A DNA stretch of 41,723 nucleotides from a virus. Lineage: Duplodnaviria > Caudoviricetes. Within the stretch, counting starts at the first letter, position 1. Each line of letters starts with the position of its first letter. This document shows, piece by piece, positions 26,678-35,954 of this stretch. The stretch lies in the IMG/VR virus record IMGVR_UViG_3300037307_000160, positions 1 through 41,723 of that record; one strand, written 5' to 3'. The notes under the pieces are model-generated. The model saw only the letters and a list, made by a program, of their open reading frames with translations, was not told where the DNA came from and searched no databases. A program made the translations under genes and the position numbers.

Positions 26678-27041
26678 TTTCGTACCCCCAGAATGTCCCA
26701 GAGAAGGGTTGGCTAACCCCGTTCTGGTGAATAACTTTTAAGTAGATAGTTTCTCCTGCTTGAGCGTCATAATTAACTTCTGATGAGACGTTTCTATTTG
26801 ACCAGGAGTTTCTAGCCTGCCAGATTTTAGTGCTGTCTACATACAACCTGAATATACCATCTACCAGCCCCTCACCATAGACACCAGCTAAACGAACAAA
26901 CTTTAGGGCGGGGACAACCAAAGAACATAGAGTGGTTTCAGTGGCGGTGGGGACACTAACCTCACCGAAAGAGCGGGATAAGACACCGTTACTGATGTTG
27001 GTTATGCCTACGTTTCTGAAGCCTTGTCTGGTAATTGGCAT
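26667..27041 (-). CDS. Putative virion protein
   Basis: Beta-rich ORF in the structural operon. Confidence 0.65.
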   Translation of the reverse strand: MPITRQGFRNVGITNISNGVLSRSFGEVSVPTATETTLCSLVVPALKFVRLAGVYGEGLVDGIFRLYVDSTKIWQARNSWSNRNVSSEVNYDAQAGETIYLKVIHQNGVSQPFSGTFWGYENDI

Positions 27042-27044
27042 AAG

Positions 27045-27470
27045 TTAAATCTCAAAATACCTTATATTAGCGGTACTACTGGCGGTTATCCCATAAACTG
27101 TACCCGTATAAAGGTCGCTTCCAGTTAAAGAAAGCACATCATTCTGTGCCAGAGGAAAGCCATTAGTAGAAGATACCGAAGTATCAAACCCGATATAGCA
27201 GACTTCGCTACTGGTATTGGTAATCTGGAGAGACAACCGACTAGCGTTACTGGCCTTAATCAAGGTAGCTGAAGCCGTTACAGTAACAGCGCCATAAGTT
27301 CCCGTAGACCGACTAGGAAAGCTAATGGCGATTAAGCTTTGAATATCAGCGTCCACTAAAAGGCGGTGGGAAGTCGGGTCAATCCAAGCTCTTACGGGGG
27401 TTAAATCATCAACCGTTGAAGCCCCAATAAGGGTAGAAACGAAGTTCTCATCTTTTCTTGCCTGCGCCAT
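27045..27470 (-). CDS. Putative virion protein
   Basis: RKDENFVSTLIG N-terminal motif; RLSLQITN...YIG...NGFPL domain. Confidence 0.65.
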   Translation of the reverse strand: MAQARKDENFVSTLIGASTVDDLTPVRAWIDPTSHRLLVDADIQSLIAISFPSRSTGTYGAVTVTASATLIKASNASRLSLQITNTSSEVCYIGFDTSVSSTNGFPLAQNDVLSLTGSDLYTGTVYGITASSTANIRYFEI

Positions 27471-27473
27471 ACG

Positions 27474-27992
27474 CTATCTTTCAGCAAGGCGTTGGATACG
27501 GGCTTTCTCTGCGTCAAGGTCTCCCTCACGCTTGTCTAAGATTGCCTTGCGTTCACGGTCAATTATTTTTTCTCTTTCAATTAAGAACTCCCTATCTTTG
27601 AGTTCTTTCTCTTTCGTCAACAGCACTTTTGACCATTCCTCAAGTTCTTTGGCTTTAATTTCCAGTTTATCAAACTGGTTAAAGCGCTTCTCCAGCGTTT
27701 CCCGCTGTTCTTTAAGCTCTTTTAAGGTTTCGTCTAGGCGCTCTTGGCGTAACTTTTGCTCTGCGGTATGTTGTTTGGCTTCTTCTTTGAGCGAACTTAC
27801 CTGTGAATGACGGGCGTTTACTTCCGTCTCCCGTTTATTCAAGGCAACCTGATGAGTCTGAAGCTCATACTGTGCCTGAGTTAAAGCCTTCTCCCGCCTT
27901 TCTATGTCCTCAATCCGCTGCTGTAAAACAGCAAACTCTTGCTTGAAGACATCAAGCTTTCTAGTAAGCGCTTGGAAGTAATCTTCGCTCAT
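27474..27992 (-). CDS. Long coiled-coil protein
   Basis: E/K/R/Q-rich heptads throughout. Confidence 0.7.
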   Translation of the reverse strand: MSEDYFQALTRKLDVFKQEFAVLQQRIEDIERREKALTQAQYELQTHQVALNKRETEVNARHSQVSSLKEEAKQHTAEQKLRQERLDETLKELKEQRETLEKRFNQFDKLEIKAKELEEWSKVLLTKEKELKDREFLIEREKIIDRERKAILDKREGDLDAEKARIQRLAER

Positions 27993-28258
27993 ATATTTAC
28001 GTCTATTTTAGCGTATACCCTTTGCCAATCTTCGTCTGTAATCACTTTCTTACCCTCTTTACCCAACAAATGTCCCGCCAAATGCTTACGGATATGCTGT
28101 GCCAGATAATAGGGGAAGGACTCTATTTCTTGGGCATGGATAGTGTAATCAGTCCCGTGCCATTTCACCGTAAAATCATCAACATCAGGGTTTAGAAGCC
28201 TGACCTGCTTGTCCATGTTGATTTCGTAAGCGTTTTTTAGGTCAGATACGGTTTTCAT
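27989..28258 (-). CDS. Hypothetical protein, paralog of the 19900-20472 N-terminus
   Basis: LLNPDVDDFTVKW...AQ...PYYLA. Confidence 0.65.
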   Translation of the reverse strand: MKTVSDLKNAYEINMDKQVRLLNPDVDDFTVKWHGTDYTIHAQEIESFPYYLAQHIRKHLAGHLLGKEGKKVITDEDWQRVYAKIDVNI

Positions 28259-28273
28259 TAGGACTATTTTACA

Positions 28274-28744
28274 CTAAGCAGCGACTACATTTCCGTCTTC
28301 GGTTAAAGGATACCAAAGAGCGTAGTAGTCAATCTCTCCTGCCGTAATGTTAGCTGTCCCTACTGTCTGGATAACATTAGCCGACACGATATTGTCTACT
28401 AAGACACTGGTTGGCTCTAAGGTGGTAGTGGGAGTAGCGTCAAACCAGATTTCATTAGCGTCAATATCGGTAGCTGTAGTCTGAGGAATTAAGCCTGCAG
28501 TTACGGTGGCTGTTCCTACCTCTACCGTAGCGGTTGCTCCAGCCAGGTTCACTCGGCAAATAGCTAAAAGCTTTAACCGAACTGAACCAGTTACGGTAAA
28601 TAAAGTGGCAGGATTGCCTGTACCATCAAAGTCTCCAGGGTCGTTAGTCGTTGCCCCATCAAAGACCATGTTTTTTGCAGTCCTAAAACCATAAGCAGGG
28701 TCAAACGCTGGCGCTCGGTTATCATCTCTAGGAATTGTACCCAT
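28274..28744 (-). CDS. Putative capsid decoration / virion protein
   Basis: Thr/Ala-rich beta protein; AGGAG RBS. Confidence 0.65.
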   Translation of the reverse strand: MGTIPRDDNRAPAFDPAYGFRTAKNMVFDGATTNDPGDFDGTGNPATLFTVTGSVRLKLLAICRVNLAGATATVEVGTATVTAGLIPQTTATDIDANEIWFDATPTTTLEPTSVLVDNIVSANVIQTVGTANITAGEIDYYALWYPLTEDGNVVAA

Positions 28745-28753
28745 AAATTACTC

Positions 28754-28993
28754 CTAAGCTGCCGTTGATATTGCTGTCCAAGTCCCTAATGCGTCTGTGG
28801 CGATATAAGCCCTATCAGCTACGCCAGACCCGTCAGTTCTAAGATAAAGAGAACCTTTGGGAGCAGACAAAGTGGGAGCGCCAGAACCCATACAAATTGC
28901 TGGTGCAGCGCCAGTACCAAGGGTGTCTACCCTTTTCCCGCCTGCGGTTACAGCCGTATTCCGAGCTGGCTCAAATTGTTTCAAATCTGCCAT
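28754..28993 (-). CDS. Small fibre-like virion protein
   Basis: GSGAPTLSAPKGSLYLRTDG motif. Confidence 0.65.
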   Translation of the reverse strand: MADLKQFEPARNTAVTAGGKRVDTLGTGAAPAICMGSGAPTLSAPKGSLYLRTDGSGVADRAYIATDALGTWTAISTAA

Positions 28994-29018
28994 ATCTCTC
29001 CTAAATTACTAATTTATT

Positions 29019-29054
29019 AAAATGCCCCGCCCCACAAGTTTATGAGGCGGGGCT
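29019..29054 (-). terminator. Rho-independent terminator after the capsid genes
   Basis: GCCCCGCCTCAT/GTGGGGCGGGGC stem followed by ATTTT. Confidence 0.65.
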
Positions 29055-29076
29055 AATATCAAGTCTACGAACCAAG

Positions 29077-29541
29077 TTAGTCAGCGATATTGTCAACCAT
29101 TGGACTGAATAATTGGATTGCTACTAGACCAGCACCAGTTCGGGCTGCTCTAAAAAGCGCACCATGTATTCTGTCTCCAGCGACCACAGCGTCATCAACT
29201 GCTCCAGGTGTAGCGGTAAGATACACGTCAGTGTTATCTACCACGTCACCTGCGGTTAATGCACTCCCTGACCCTTCAACCAAGTACCAACCGTATTTAT
29301 TGGCTACAGAAGCACTTTGAGCGACTGCGATTGGACCAACTGCATTGGCAACGCCAAGAGTGGTCAAACCTGCTTCGTCATAAGTAACTACTGAACCAAT
29401 AGCGGTTGAGGCTACGCCTTGAAGATAGATGTATCTGTTTCCACTTCCGTCAACGGCTTCCGTTCCAACGGGCATGGTAGCAGCACTATCCACCGCACTT
29501 AGCGAACCTGGAGCTATGTGCATATGTCCTGTAAAAGCCAT
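29077..29541 (-). CDS. Capsid cement / decoration protein
   Basis: G..Y.Y...YGWY...G pattern directly after the major capsid gene. Confidence 0.7.
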   Translation of the reverse strand: MAFTGHMHIAPGSLSAVDSAATMPVGTEAVDGSGNRYIYLQGVASTAIGSVVTYDEAGLTTLGVANAVGPIAVAQSASVANKYGWYLVEGSGSALTAGDVVDNTDVYLTATPGAVDDAVVAGDRIHGALFRAARTGAGLVAIQLFSPMVDNIAD

Positions 29542-29565
29542 ATTTTCTCCTCGTTCAGCTAATTA

Positions 29566-30675
29566 TTAAATACCAGTTATGCCAGTCAGCTTGCCGTGTC
29601 TGCGGGGTTGCCAACCACATACCTGACCAATCACGTAGAACCGACCAATCATACCTGCTTGGTTAGGCATGACTTGTTTCTTTTGGAAGAACCAGCCGTA
29701 ATCAACGGGCGGAGTATCAGCTCCGACACCCATTAAGGCTTTGCGTTCACCCAAACTAACTCTCTCAAGCACTCCTGCTAAAGAGGCGGGAACTACGTTG
29801 CGACCCATCCACTTGATGTAGCGCTCATTCAGGAAGTAAAGGACACCTGAAGTGGCTGCGTCATCTTTGATGATGGGGAAGCCCCTAAAAGTGAGAGCGG
29901 TAAAGCCACCAGTTGCGCCTGCGTCTTTGCGGGGAACAATGCTGTCACCCCTTAAAGGAAGCACGTCTCCACCCATCATTGAGTAAGAGTTACGCACTTG
30001 AGGTTGTAAGAGTTGCTCATACAATCCCCAGACGGTCTTGGTAGTTACACCAATGTTCGGGCTTTCGTTTTCCATGCCTGTAGCTGAACAGTTATCGTCT
30101 AACGTACCCATCTGTGCCAGGGTCAAAAGATTACCTGCAGCAGCGGTAACGGTAGAGTTTAGCACCGTATAAGTGGTGCGGGACTGTCCGCCATAAGTAG
30201 CTGAGTTAGAACCATCATCTACATGATATTCCAATCCAGCAGGCTGATTGCTCTGCCCATACTGATAGAGTGCTGTACCGAGTTTTTGCACACTTTCAGC
30301 CACCGCTTCTTCCAGCTTGAATACATCTAAATCAATGGTCTGTTCAGGACCAGAGTTTGCGAAGCTTTCAAGCATGATATTAACCACTGGTTGAGCAAAA
30401 GCGGTATGCGCAAATGAAAGCTCAATCAGAGTGTCACTAGCTGAACTGTTCAAGAGTTCAAGGCCAGTGAAGAACTGTCCCAATCCACTATCAGTGACTT
30501 TGATAGGAATGTCGTATGTCTTGCCATTGAAGGGTGCGCCCATGCCCATTAAACGGGACATATAGGTTCGGGAAGACAAGACGTTATCCACGACTTTCGC
30601 CATCAATTTCCGCTCGGTGGTCGGATTGATACGGGAGTTGGGATTTATGCCTTGAGGTGTTACACCTTGAGCCAT
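29566..30675 (-). CDS. Major capsid protein
   Basis: 369 aa after the scaffold; LTFRGFPIIKD, LYFLNERY and PRRHGKLTGI match HK97-fold capsids. Confidence 0.85.
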   Translation of the reverse strand: MAQGVTPQGINPNSRINPTTERKLMAKVVDNVLSSRTYMSRLMGMGAPFNGKTYDIPIKVTDSGLGQFFTGLELLNSSASDTLIELSFAHTAFAQPVVNIMLESFANSGPEQTIDLDVFKLEEAVAESVQKLGTALYQYGQSNQPAGLEYHVDDGSNSATYGGQSRTTYTVLNSTVTAAAGNLLTLAQMGTLDDNCSATGMENESPNIGVTTKTVWGLYEQLLQPQVRNSYSMMGGDVLPLRGDSIVPRKDAGATGGFTALTFRGFPIIKDDAATSGVLYFLNERYIKWMGRNVVPASLAGVLERVSLGERKALMGVGADTPPVDYGWFFQKKQVMPNQAGMIGRFYVIGQVCGWQPRRHGKLTGITGI

Positions 30676-30698
30676 AGTCTCTCCTATAACTACTTAAT

Positions 30699-30754
30699 AA
30701 AAAATCCCGCCTGTTGAGGACGGGATTATACCCACAATCAAAGGTAGTATATCA
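30699..30754 (-). promoter_or_regulatory. Conserved leader element, copy 4
   Basis: TGATATACT-N12-GGGTATAATCCCGTC-CTCAACA-GGCGGGAT-TTTTT. Confidence 0.75.
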
Positions 30755-30764
30755 AATTGCCCAA

Positions 30765-31622
30765 TTAACTGTTTACCAAATCGTAAAAGCTAGCTCCATG
30801 AATGTCTTTATAGGTAAACCTGTCGTCATCTTCTGGAGCTGTACCAGTCCCGCCAGATACGGGCGCATTTGCCCCCGCTGGCTGTGATTTCTGTTGGTAG
30901 TGTTCGTAGTAAACCTCTTTAAGGTTGGTAGACACCGATTTACCCGCAGACTTTCTAGCTTCGGCTAGCTCATACATCTTGGCAAATAACTGGCGTTGAG
31001 CTTCTAAGCCTGGGTCTTTAGCTTCCTCTTTGGTTAAGGGCTTACCCTCTTGGAGCTTTGCTTTGATTTCTGGCGCAATATCAGGAAGCTTCTTTTGCTC
31101 TCTAAGGTCGGCTAACTGCTCATCCCACATCTCATTTAACTGTTTTTCACTCTGTTTTCTGGCATTATCGGCCTCGGACTGCTGTTTAGCCCTCAATTCT
31201 TCCTCTTTTTTACGCTTAAACTCGGCTAGTTCGGCTGAAAACTCTACTATTTCCCGATAACTCTTGGGATTACGCTTTTCTTTCTCCCAAGGCGGAGTCA
31301 AACCTTCCTCTTTAAGCTCTTTTTCTTCATCTTCAGTCAAACCAAAGCTGGCTTTTATCTTATCCAAAACCTCTTTTTTGGCTTCATTGACCGTTTTGTC
31401 TATTTCTTCCTTTTTTAAGAGTTCTGCTTTGGCTTTTTCAGCTTCATCAGCCTTAATAGCCTCTTTATCATCAGCCTTGTCTTCAGGTACGTCTTCCTCA
31501 CCCTTATCTTCATCTTCGTTCTCGTCCTTTTTCGTCTCGTAATCGGCCAAGAACCGTCTGATAGAGGCAGAGTTCTTTTCATCATATTGGTCGGGAGATT
31601 TATCGTTAGCGTTATCGGGCAT
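30765..31622 (-). CDS. Capsid scaffolding protein
   Basis: Highly charged helical protein between portal and capsid. Confidence 0.75.
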   Translation of the reverse strand: MPDNANDKSPDQYDEKNSASIRRFLADYETKKDENEDEDKGEEDVPEDKADDKEAIKADEAEKAKAELLKKEEIDKTVNEAKKEVLDKIKASFGLTEDEEKELKEEGLTPPWEKEKRNPKSYREIVEFSAELAEFKRKKEEELRAKQQSEADNARKQSEKQLNEMWDEQLADLREQKKLPDIAPEIKAKLQEGKPLTKEEAKDPGLEAQRQLFAKMYELAEARKSAGKSVSTNLKEVYYEHYQQKSQPAGANAPVSGGTGTAPEDDDRFTYKDIHGASFYDLVNS

Positions 31623-31662
31623 AATAGTCCTTTCTGTTAATGATTATACGCTATTTTACCGT

Positions 31663-33891
31663 TTATACAGGGCTTGTGGGAGTGGCAGGTGCGCCTGGTA
31701 CTTCTGGCGCTGGTTGAGTGGTCATCTGGGCTTGAGCCAGTTGCGCTATTTGTTGGGCAAAGGCGATTACCTGTTGCTGTAGCTCTGGAGTTAATGAGGT
31801 AAACTCTCCCGAATTGAGAAAGTCATTGATAGCCAAGACGTAATTAGGGTCTACTGAAGCGGGAACTGGCGGTATTTGCCCCTGGGACAGCATAGCAATA
31901 TCATTCATAGCTTGCTGTGCCGAAGCCACCACCGCCTGTGAGGGAACTGCACCTGACATCCCGCCTGGGGGAGCGCCCTGTGGCACTTCACCGCCTGGGG
32001 GAACTTCACCACCACTACCTACCATATTGGCTAAATCAGCCGTAGTCCGCTCCAAGACAAAGGTTTGCAGATAGAGCATGGGACTGGCGGTAAAGTTAAT
32101 GAGTCTCTGCGCCCGAAGTTTAGGATTGGTAGAGTCAATATCTTCAAAGAAAGAAAGCGGGTCAATTAAGTTCAACCTTGCCATCTCAAAGGCTTCCTCT
32201 TTGCGCCTCAACAGGTCTACACCAGAGGCGGTAGCGATAACTTCCATGCCGTCTTCCACTAAATCATTCGTGATAATGTCAAAGACGAACTTACCGTCAT
32301 CCCCCATGAGCGTTATCAGCTTTTGTTCACTGTAGCGGAGCTTAATCATCTGCAGGGCTGCCCTAGCCATTTGCTCGGCTGCGTAGTTAATCGTATCGGT
32401 GACTTCATCATCTTGCTTGCCATAATCGGCCTCTCTCAATATCTGCCTGCCAGTAGCGGTCTCTTTAGCGTCCCGTTCACCTCTGGTAGTGGCATGAGCG
32501 CCCATCTTAGCAAAGACTTTAGCCCTGGACATATCTTGCTCTTGGAATAAGGGAGCGGTAGGCTGTTGTCCTGGGATATGACGGTAAACCTTGTTAATCT
32601 CACCCTTTACCAAGACATCTTGGTCGGGGTCGGTCATATCAATCTGTTCAACATCATCAGCCGTCAAGCCACCCTCAGTAGAGAAGACGTGCTTACCTCT
32701 GGCAGTATCAGCCATTTCACTGATTTGCTTACCCCGCTTATTGATATTGTCTTGAAGTAAAATTACCTGCTCAATCCTTGAGGTCTCATCAAACGGCTGC
32801 AGGCCAAGTTGGTCGTAACCTATGAAGATAAATGGCTTTTCGGGGTGGGTAAAGTAATTCTTAAAGACCTTTTCCTCTTTAACATTGTTGAGGGAAGTCC
32901 CCTGAAGCATAGCTTGGCGCAGGGTGTTCTCATCCACAGGCGTTTTCCCGCCCTTATCGTTGTAGGAAAAGAGTTGTCTCTCCCCTTCCCAATCCCAATT
33001 CGGGTTCTTCATCTTTTTAAGCATTAAATCCTTATACTTCCAGAGTACACCCTCAATCTTCTCCCACTTAACGCTACCCGTAGTGGTGTCTTTCTTGTAC
33101 CAAGTGAACCAGACCTCACTAATCTTGTAAGTAGAAGCCATGCCTTTTTCGTTGATTTTGTCATCTTCCTCTAACCCAATTTCCCCCTTAACCTTATTTA
33201 GGAACTCTGTCTCCGCCTCTGGAAAGCGCATAACGATTTCCTTAGCGGTCAGCTTGTAGTGGTGGGCAACCCACCGCATATTCTTAGTCTGGTTATCGGG
33301 AGAAGACCAATCCACGTCTATATTGTTAGGATGGACGTTCTCAAAACAGTAATCGTTAATTTCAGGACTCCAGCGCCACTTAATCACACCAGTAAAGTAA
33401 ATGGGACGGTGGCGGTAAGCCCTGCTTAAAACAATGCGGTTCTCCCGCTTTCTCATATCGGAGTTAATCAATTCAGTCAATTTACGGGCTGCTTCCAGGG
33501 AACGGGCAATCATCTTAGAGGGTTTAACTAAAAGGTCTGGTAGCCTGGATAGGGCAATCGGCTTTAAGGTTGCTTCCCCCTCAAAAATGACGTTATCGTT
33601 ATACCTAACCTCATGCTGTTTGTATTTGCCTTCCTTCTCCATCTGCTCAATTTGCCTGCCCAGGTAATAGGTTTCATTCTTTTTCCGTCTGGCATACAGG
33701 TCTTTACCCTTAAAGAACTTCCTTGATTGGTCAATCAAGTAATCTACCGTTTCTACCAATTCCTTATCAGGAATGTCTAGGGAAAGAGGGTCGGCAATCG
33801 CTACTAAGCCTTCTGGCTCAGGGGGAGCGTCTAAGTAACCTGTTTCATTATCACCAAAGAAATCCGTATTACCGTACAATTTTTGAGGCAT
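31663..33891 (-). CDS. Portal protein (P22-like)
   Basis: 742 aa after the terminase; LQDNINKR, ETATG and a Gln/Pro-rich C-terminus. Confidence 0.85.
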   Translation of the reverse strand: MPQKLYGNTDFFGDNETGYLDAPPEPEGLVAIADPLSLDIPDKELVETVDYLIDQSRKFFKGKDLYARRKKNETYYLGRQIEQMEKEGKYKQHEVRYNDNVIFEGEATLKPIALSRLPDLLVKPSKMIARSLEAARKLTELINSDMRKRENRIVLSRAYRHRPIYFTGVIKWRWSPEINDYCFENVHPNNIDVDWSSPDNQTKNMRWVAHHYKLTAKEIVMRFPEAETEFLNKVKGEIGLEEDDKINEKGMASTYKISEVWFTWYKKDTTTGSVKWEKIEGVLWKYKDLMLKKMKNPNWDWEGERQLFSYNDKGGKTPVDENTLRQAMLQGTSLNNVKEEKVFKNYFTHPEKPFIFIGYDQLGLQPFDETSRIEQVILLQDNINKRGKQISEMADTARGKHVFSTEGGLTADDVEQIDMTDPDQDVLVKGEINKVYRHIPGQQPTAPLFQEQDMSRAKVFAKMGAHATTRGERDAKETATGRQILREADYGKQDDEVTDTINYAAEQMARAALQMIKLRYSEQKLITLMGDDGKFVFDIITNDLVEDGMEVIATASGVDLLRRKEEAFEMARLNLIDPLSFFEDIDSTNPKLRAQRLINFTASPMLYLQTFVLERTTADLANMVGSGGEVPPGGEVPQGAPPGGMSGAVPSQAVVASAQQAMNDIAMLSQGQIPPVPASVDPNYVLAINDFLNSGEFTSLTPELQQQVIAFAQQIAQLAQAQMTTQPAPEVPGAPATPTSPV

Positions 33892-33902
33892 ATCATCCCC
33901 TT

Positions 33903-33953
33903 AAAAAAATACCCGCATTGAAGCGGGATAATACCTTTGCTGTTATTCTAACA
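33903..33953 (-). promoter_or_regulatory. Conserved leader element, copy 5
   Basis: TGTTAGAAT-N8-AGGTATTATCCCGC-TTCAAT-GCGGGTA-TTTTTTT. Confidence 0.75.
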
Positions 33954-33955
33954 TA

Positions 33956-34276
33956 TTACTCATCCCGATAGACCATACCCACAAACATTACTTTTCGGCC
34001 ACAATCAGGGTTCTTGCATTGGATTAGAAGCGGTGGTGATTTAGCCTTTATATCAACCATATCTTCATCTATACCAGGGTGTTCCATGACCAAATCGCCT
34101 TTATATTGAGCTATGGGTTGACGGCAATCAGGACACCAATACATATTCCAAGCGCCTTGGTTGACGTACAACAGCCAGACCGTGTATTCACGCTTACGGG
34201 CTTTGTAGCGGTAGGAACGGGGGTCTAATGTTCTTTCAACAATCGTAGTCGTGTGGGATTGGAATAATGAAGCCAT
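33956..34276 (-). CDS. Zinc-ribbon protein
   Basis: CPDC...CKNPDC; TATAAT 5 nt before the ATG. Confidence 0.7.
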   Translation of the reverse strand: MASLFQSHTTTIVERTLDPRSYRYKARKREYTVWLLYVNQGAWNMYWCPDCRQPIAQYKGDLVMEHPGIDEDMVDIKAKSPPLLIQCKNPDCGRKVMFVGMVYRDE

Positions 34277-34282
34277 ACCCTA

Positions 34283-35908
34283 TTATATTACACGCCAGTC
34301 CCGTAATTTCTTTTTCTTTGCCGTTTCAAAAAACTTGAGGTTAATTGCTTCAGATGGGTTTAGGAGAGCTTCGTCATCTTCCCCTGCCTTGCCCACTCTG
34401 CCCAATCCCCCCACAAACTTAACTTGGGACAGCATATACGTCAAAGCGTCATAGAGGTGGTCTTCCCCCTCGGTATCCACGTCTTCTACCTTGCTTTCAT
34501 CATAAATCAAAGCAGGCACGGTTCTAATCGTATGGATACAGTCTTCAGTAAAGAGAAGATAAGGCAACCCGTCTGGAGCTAGAGACAGCCAATTATGCAG
34601 GGTAGCCACCCTACCGACTCTATTTCTCGTCCCCTGTTTGAGGCGTATCCAATACTTACCTTTGTTGAGTTTGTCCCAGGTCTCCTGCATAATGTCGGCA
34701 ATCGGGGTAGAGCCGTCAGATTGGGGATTAAACATAGAAGCGTCCCCCACAGCGTCATCATATTGGACATGGGAGTGCTTATAGATGTCTTCCGCCCACA
34801 CGTCAGGCGCTTTATTCTTGCCATACCACTCTTTGTAAGCCACCACCCTATTAAAATGTTTCCCTTTGTAATTCTCTCTATAAAGACATAAGGCTAAAGC
34901 TGCGAACGCTCCCTCATGGCTTTCCTTTCCCTGGTAGCCCCAATCTACCCCGACAAAGTGATTTAAGTCAGAGCGGGGCAAAACGTGTTCAATGACGTGC
35001 TTTTGGCGGTCAAACTCCCTGAATACCTGTCCCACAAACACGTCCCAATCGCCAAACCGCCATGCTCTGTATAGCTCAGGGTCGGTGTACTTTAACTGCT
35101 CCAGGGTCAGAATATAGTTGGGGTCATTCTGGATAAGGGTAGGGTTATCGTCAATCTTGGCATGGATAAAGACCCTGCTTCTTACCAGCGTCCTGCCAAA
35201 GATTTCCTCAGCGTACTCAAACGAAGTTCCCCAGGGCGCACAGTCAATAAATCTCTTTTTCACCCATTGGTGGCCGATACCGCCTGGGTTAGTGGTCAGA
35301 AACACCCTTGGCTCTAAGCCTTTAATCGTAGACCGACAGGAAGCAATCAACCTTAAATAAGCCCGTTCTGAGGGTAACTGATTAACTTCCTCAAGTAACA
35401 TCCGCTGGTACTCATGTCCCTGATACTTAGTGTAGGCAGCTTCATCCTTCAAGTGTCCCGTCCGAATGATTGCCCCTGACGGCCAATGAAACTCTGGGGG
35501 TTTGCCTATCATTTTTGCCCCTAGTTTTGAGTAAAGCTGGTTAGCCCTATCCGTCCAGTCCCGCAAATCATCCGCATTCCTTCTGATAACTAAAGCCCGT
35601 AATCCAGGGTTATGCACCTCTCTCACTAGCCAAGCAATTCCAGCGTCAGTTTTACCCCCCCCTCTAGCGCCCCCGTACAATACCTCAAAATCGGTCTTTT
35701 GCAGGGCTTCGGTCTGTGGACCAGGGTGGGGCTTCCAGGCTACATCACTCTGTTCCACCTTATCGGGTTCGGGAAAGTTGACCGCTTTCTGCTCCCACCG
35801 TATATCTGTCCAGTTCCTTTTATAGCCTAATTTCCTGGCTCTCTCCTCTCCCGTTTCCATCACCCTAGCAAACATCTTTTTCTTCTCTGGTTTCGTCCTG
35901 TAGCCCAT
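34283..35908 (-). CDS. terL: Terminase large subunit
   Basis: GGARGGGKT Walker A, MLLEE Walker B, TTNPGG, GVDWG and EDHLYDA nuclease motifs. Confidence 0.95.
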   Translation of the reverse strand: MGYRTKPEKKKMFARVMETGEERARKLGYKRNWTDIRWEQKAVNFPEPDKVEQSDVAWKPHPGPQTEALQKTDFEVLYGGARGGGKTDAGIAWLVREVHNPGLRALVIRRNADDLRDWTDRANQLYSKLGAKMIGKPPEFHWPSGAIIRTGHLKDEAAYTKYQGHEYQRMLLEEVNQLPSERAYLRLIASCRSTIKGLEPRVFLTTNPGGIGHQWVKKRFIDCAPWGTSFEYAEEIFGRTLVRSRVFIHAKIDDNPTLIQNDPNYILTLEQLKYTDPELYRAWRFGDWDVFVGQVFREFDRQKHVIEHVLPRSDLNHFVGVDWGYQGKESHEGAFAALALCLYRENYKGKHFNRVVAYKEWYGKNKAPDVWAEDIYKHSHVQYDDAVGDASMFNPQSDGSTPIADIMQETWDKLNKGKYWIRLKQGTRNRVGRVATLHNWLSLAPDGLPYLLFTEDCIHTIRTVPALIYDESKVEDVDTEGEDHLYDALTYMLSQVKFVGGLGRVGKAGEDDEALLNPSEAINLKFFETAKKKKLRDWRVI

Positions 35909-35928
35909 AGAGGTATTTTAACCTAATT

Positions 35929-35954
35929 AAAAAGGGAGCGTTAAAGCTCCCTTT
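35929..35954 (-). terminator. Rho-independent terminator upstream of terL
   Basis: AAAGGGAGC-TTTAAC-GCTCCCTTTTT. Confidence 0.65.

Noticed and set aside
196-35360. Many short plus-strand ORFs in the track (for example 196-450, 1495-1899, 4007-4423, 13240-13515, 31264-31542)
   Set aside because: They are antisense shadows of well-supported minus-strand genes, with no RBS or motifs
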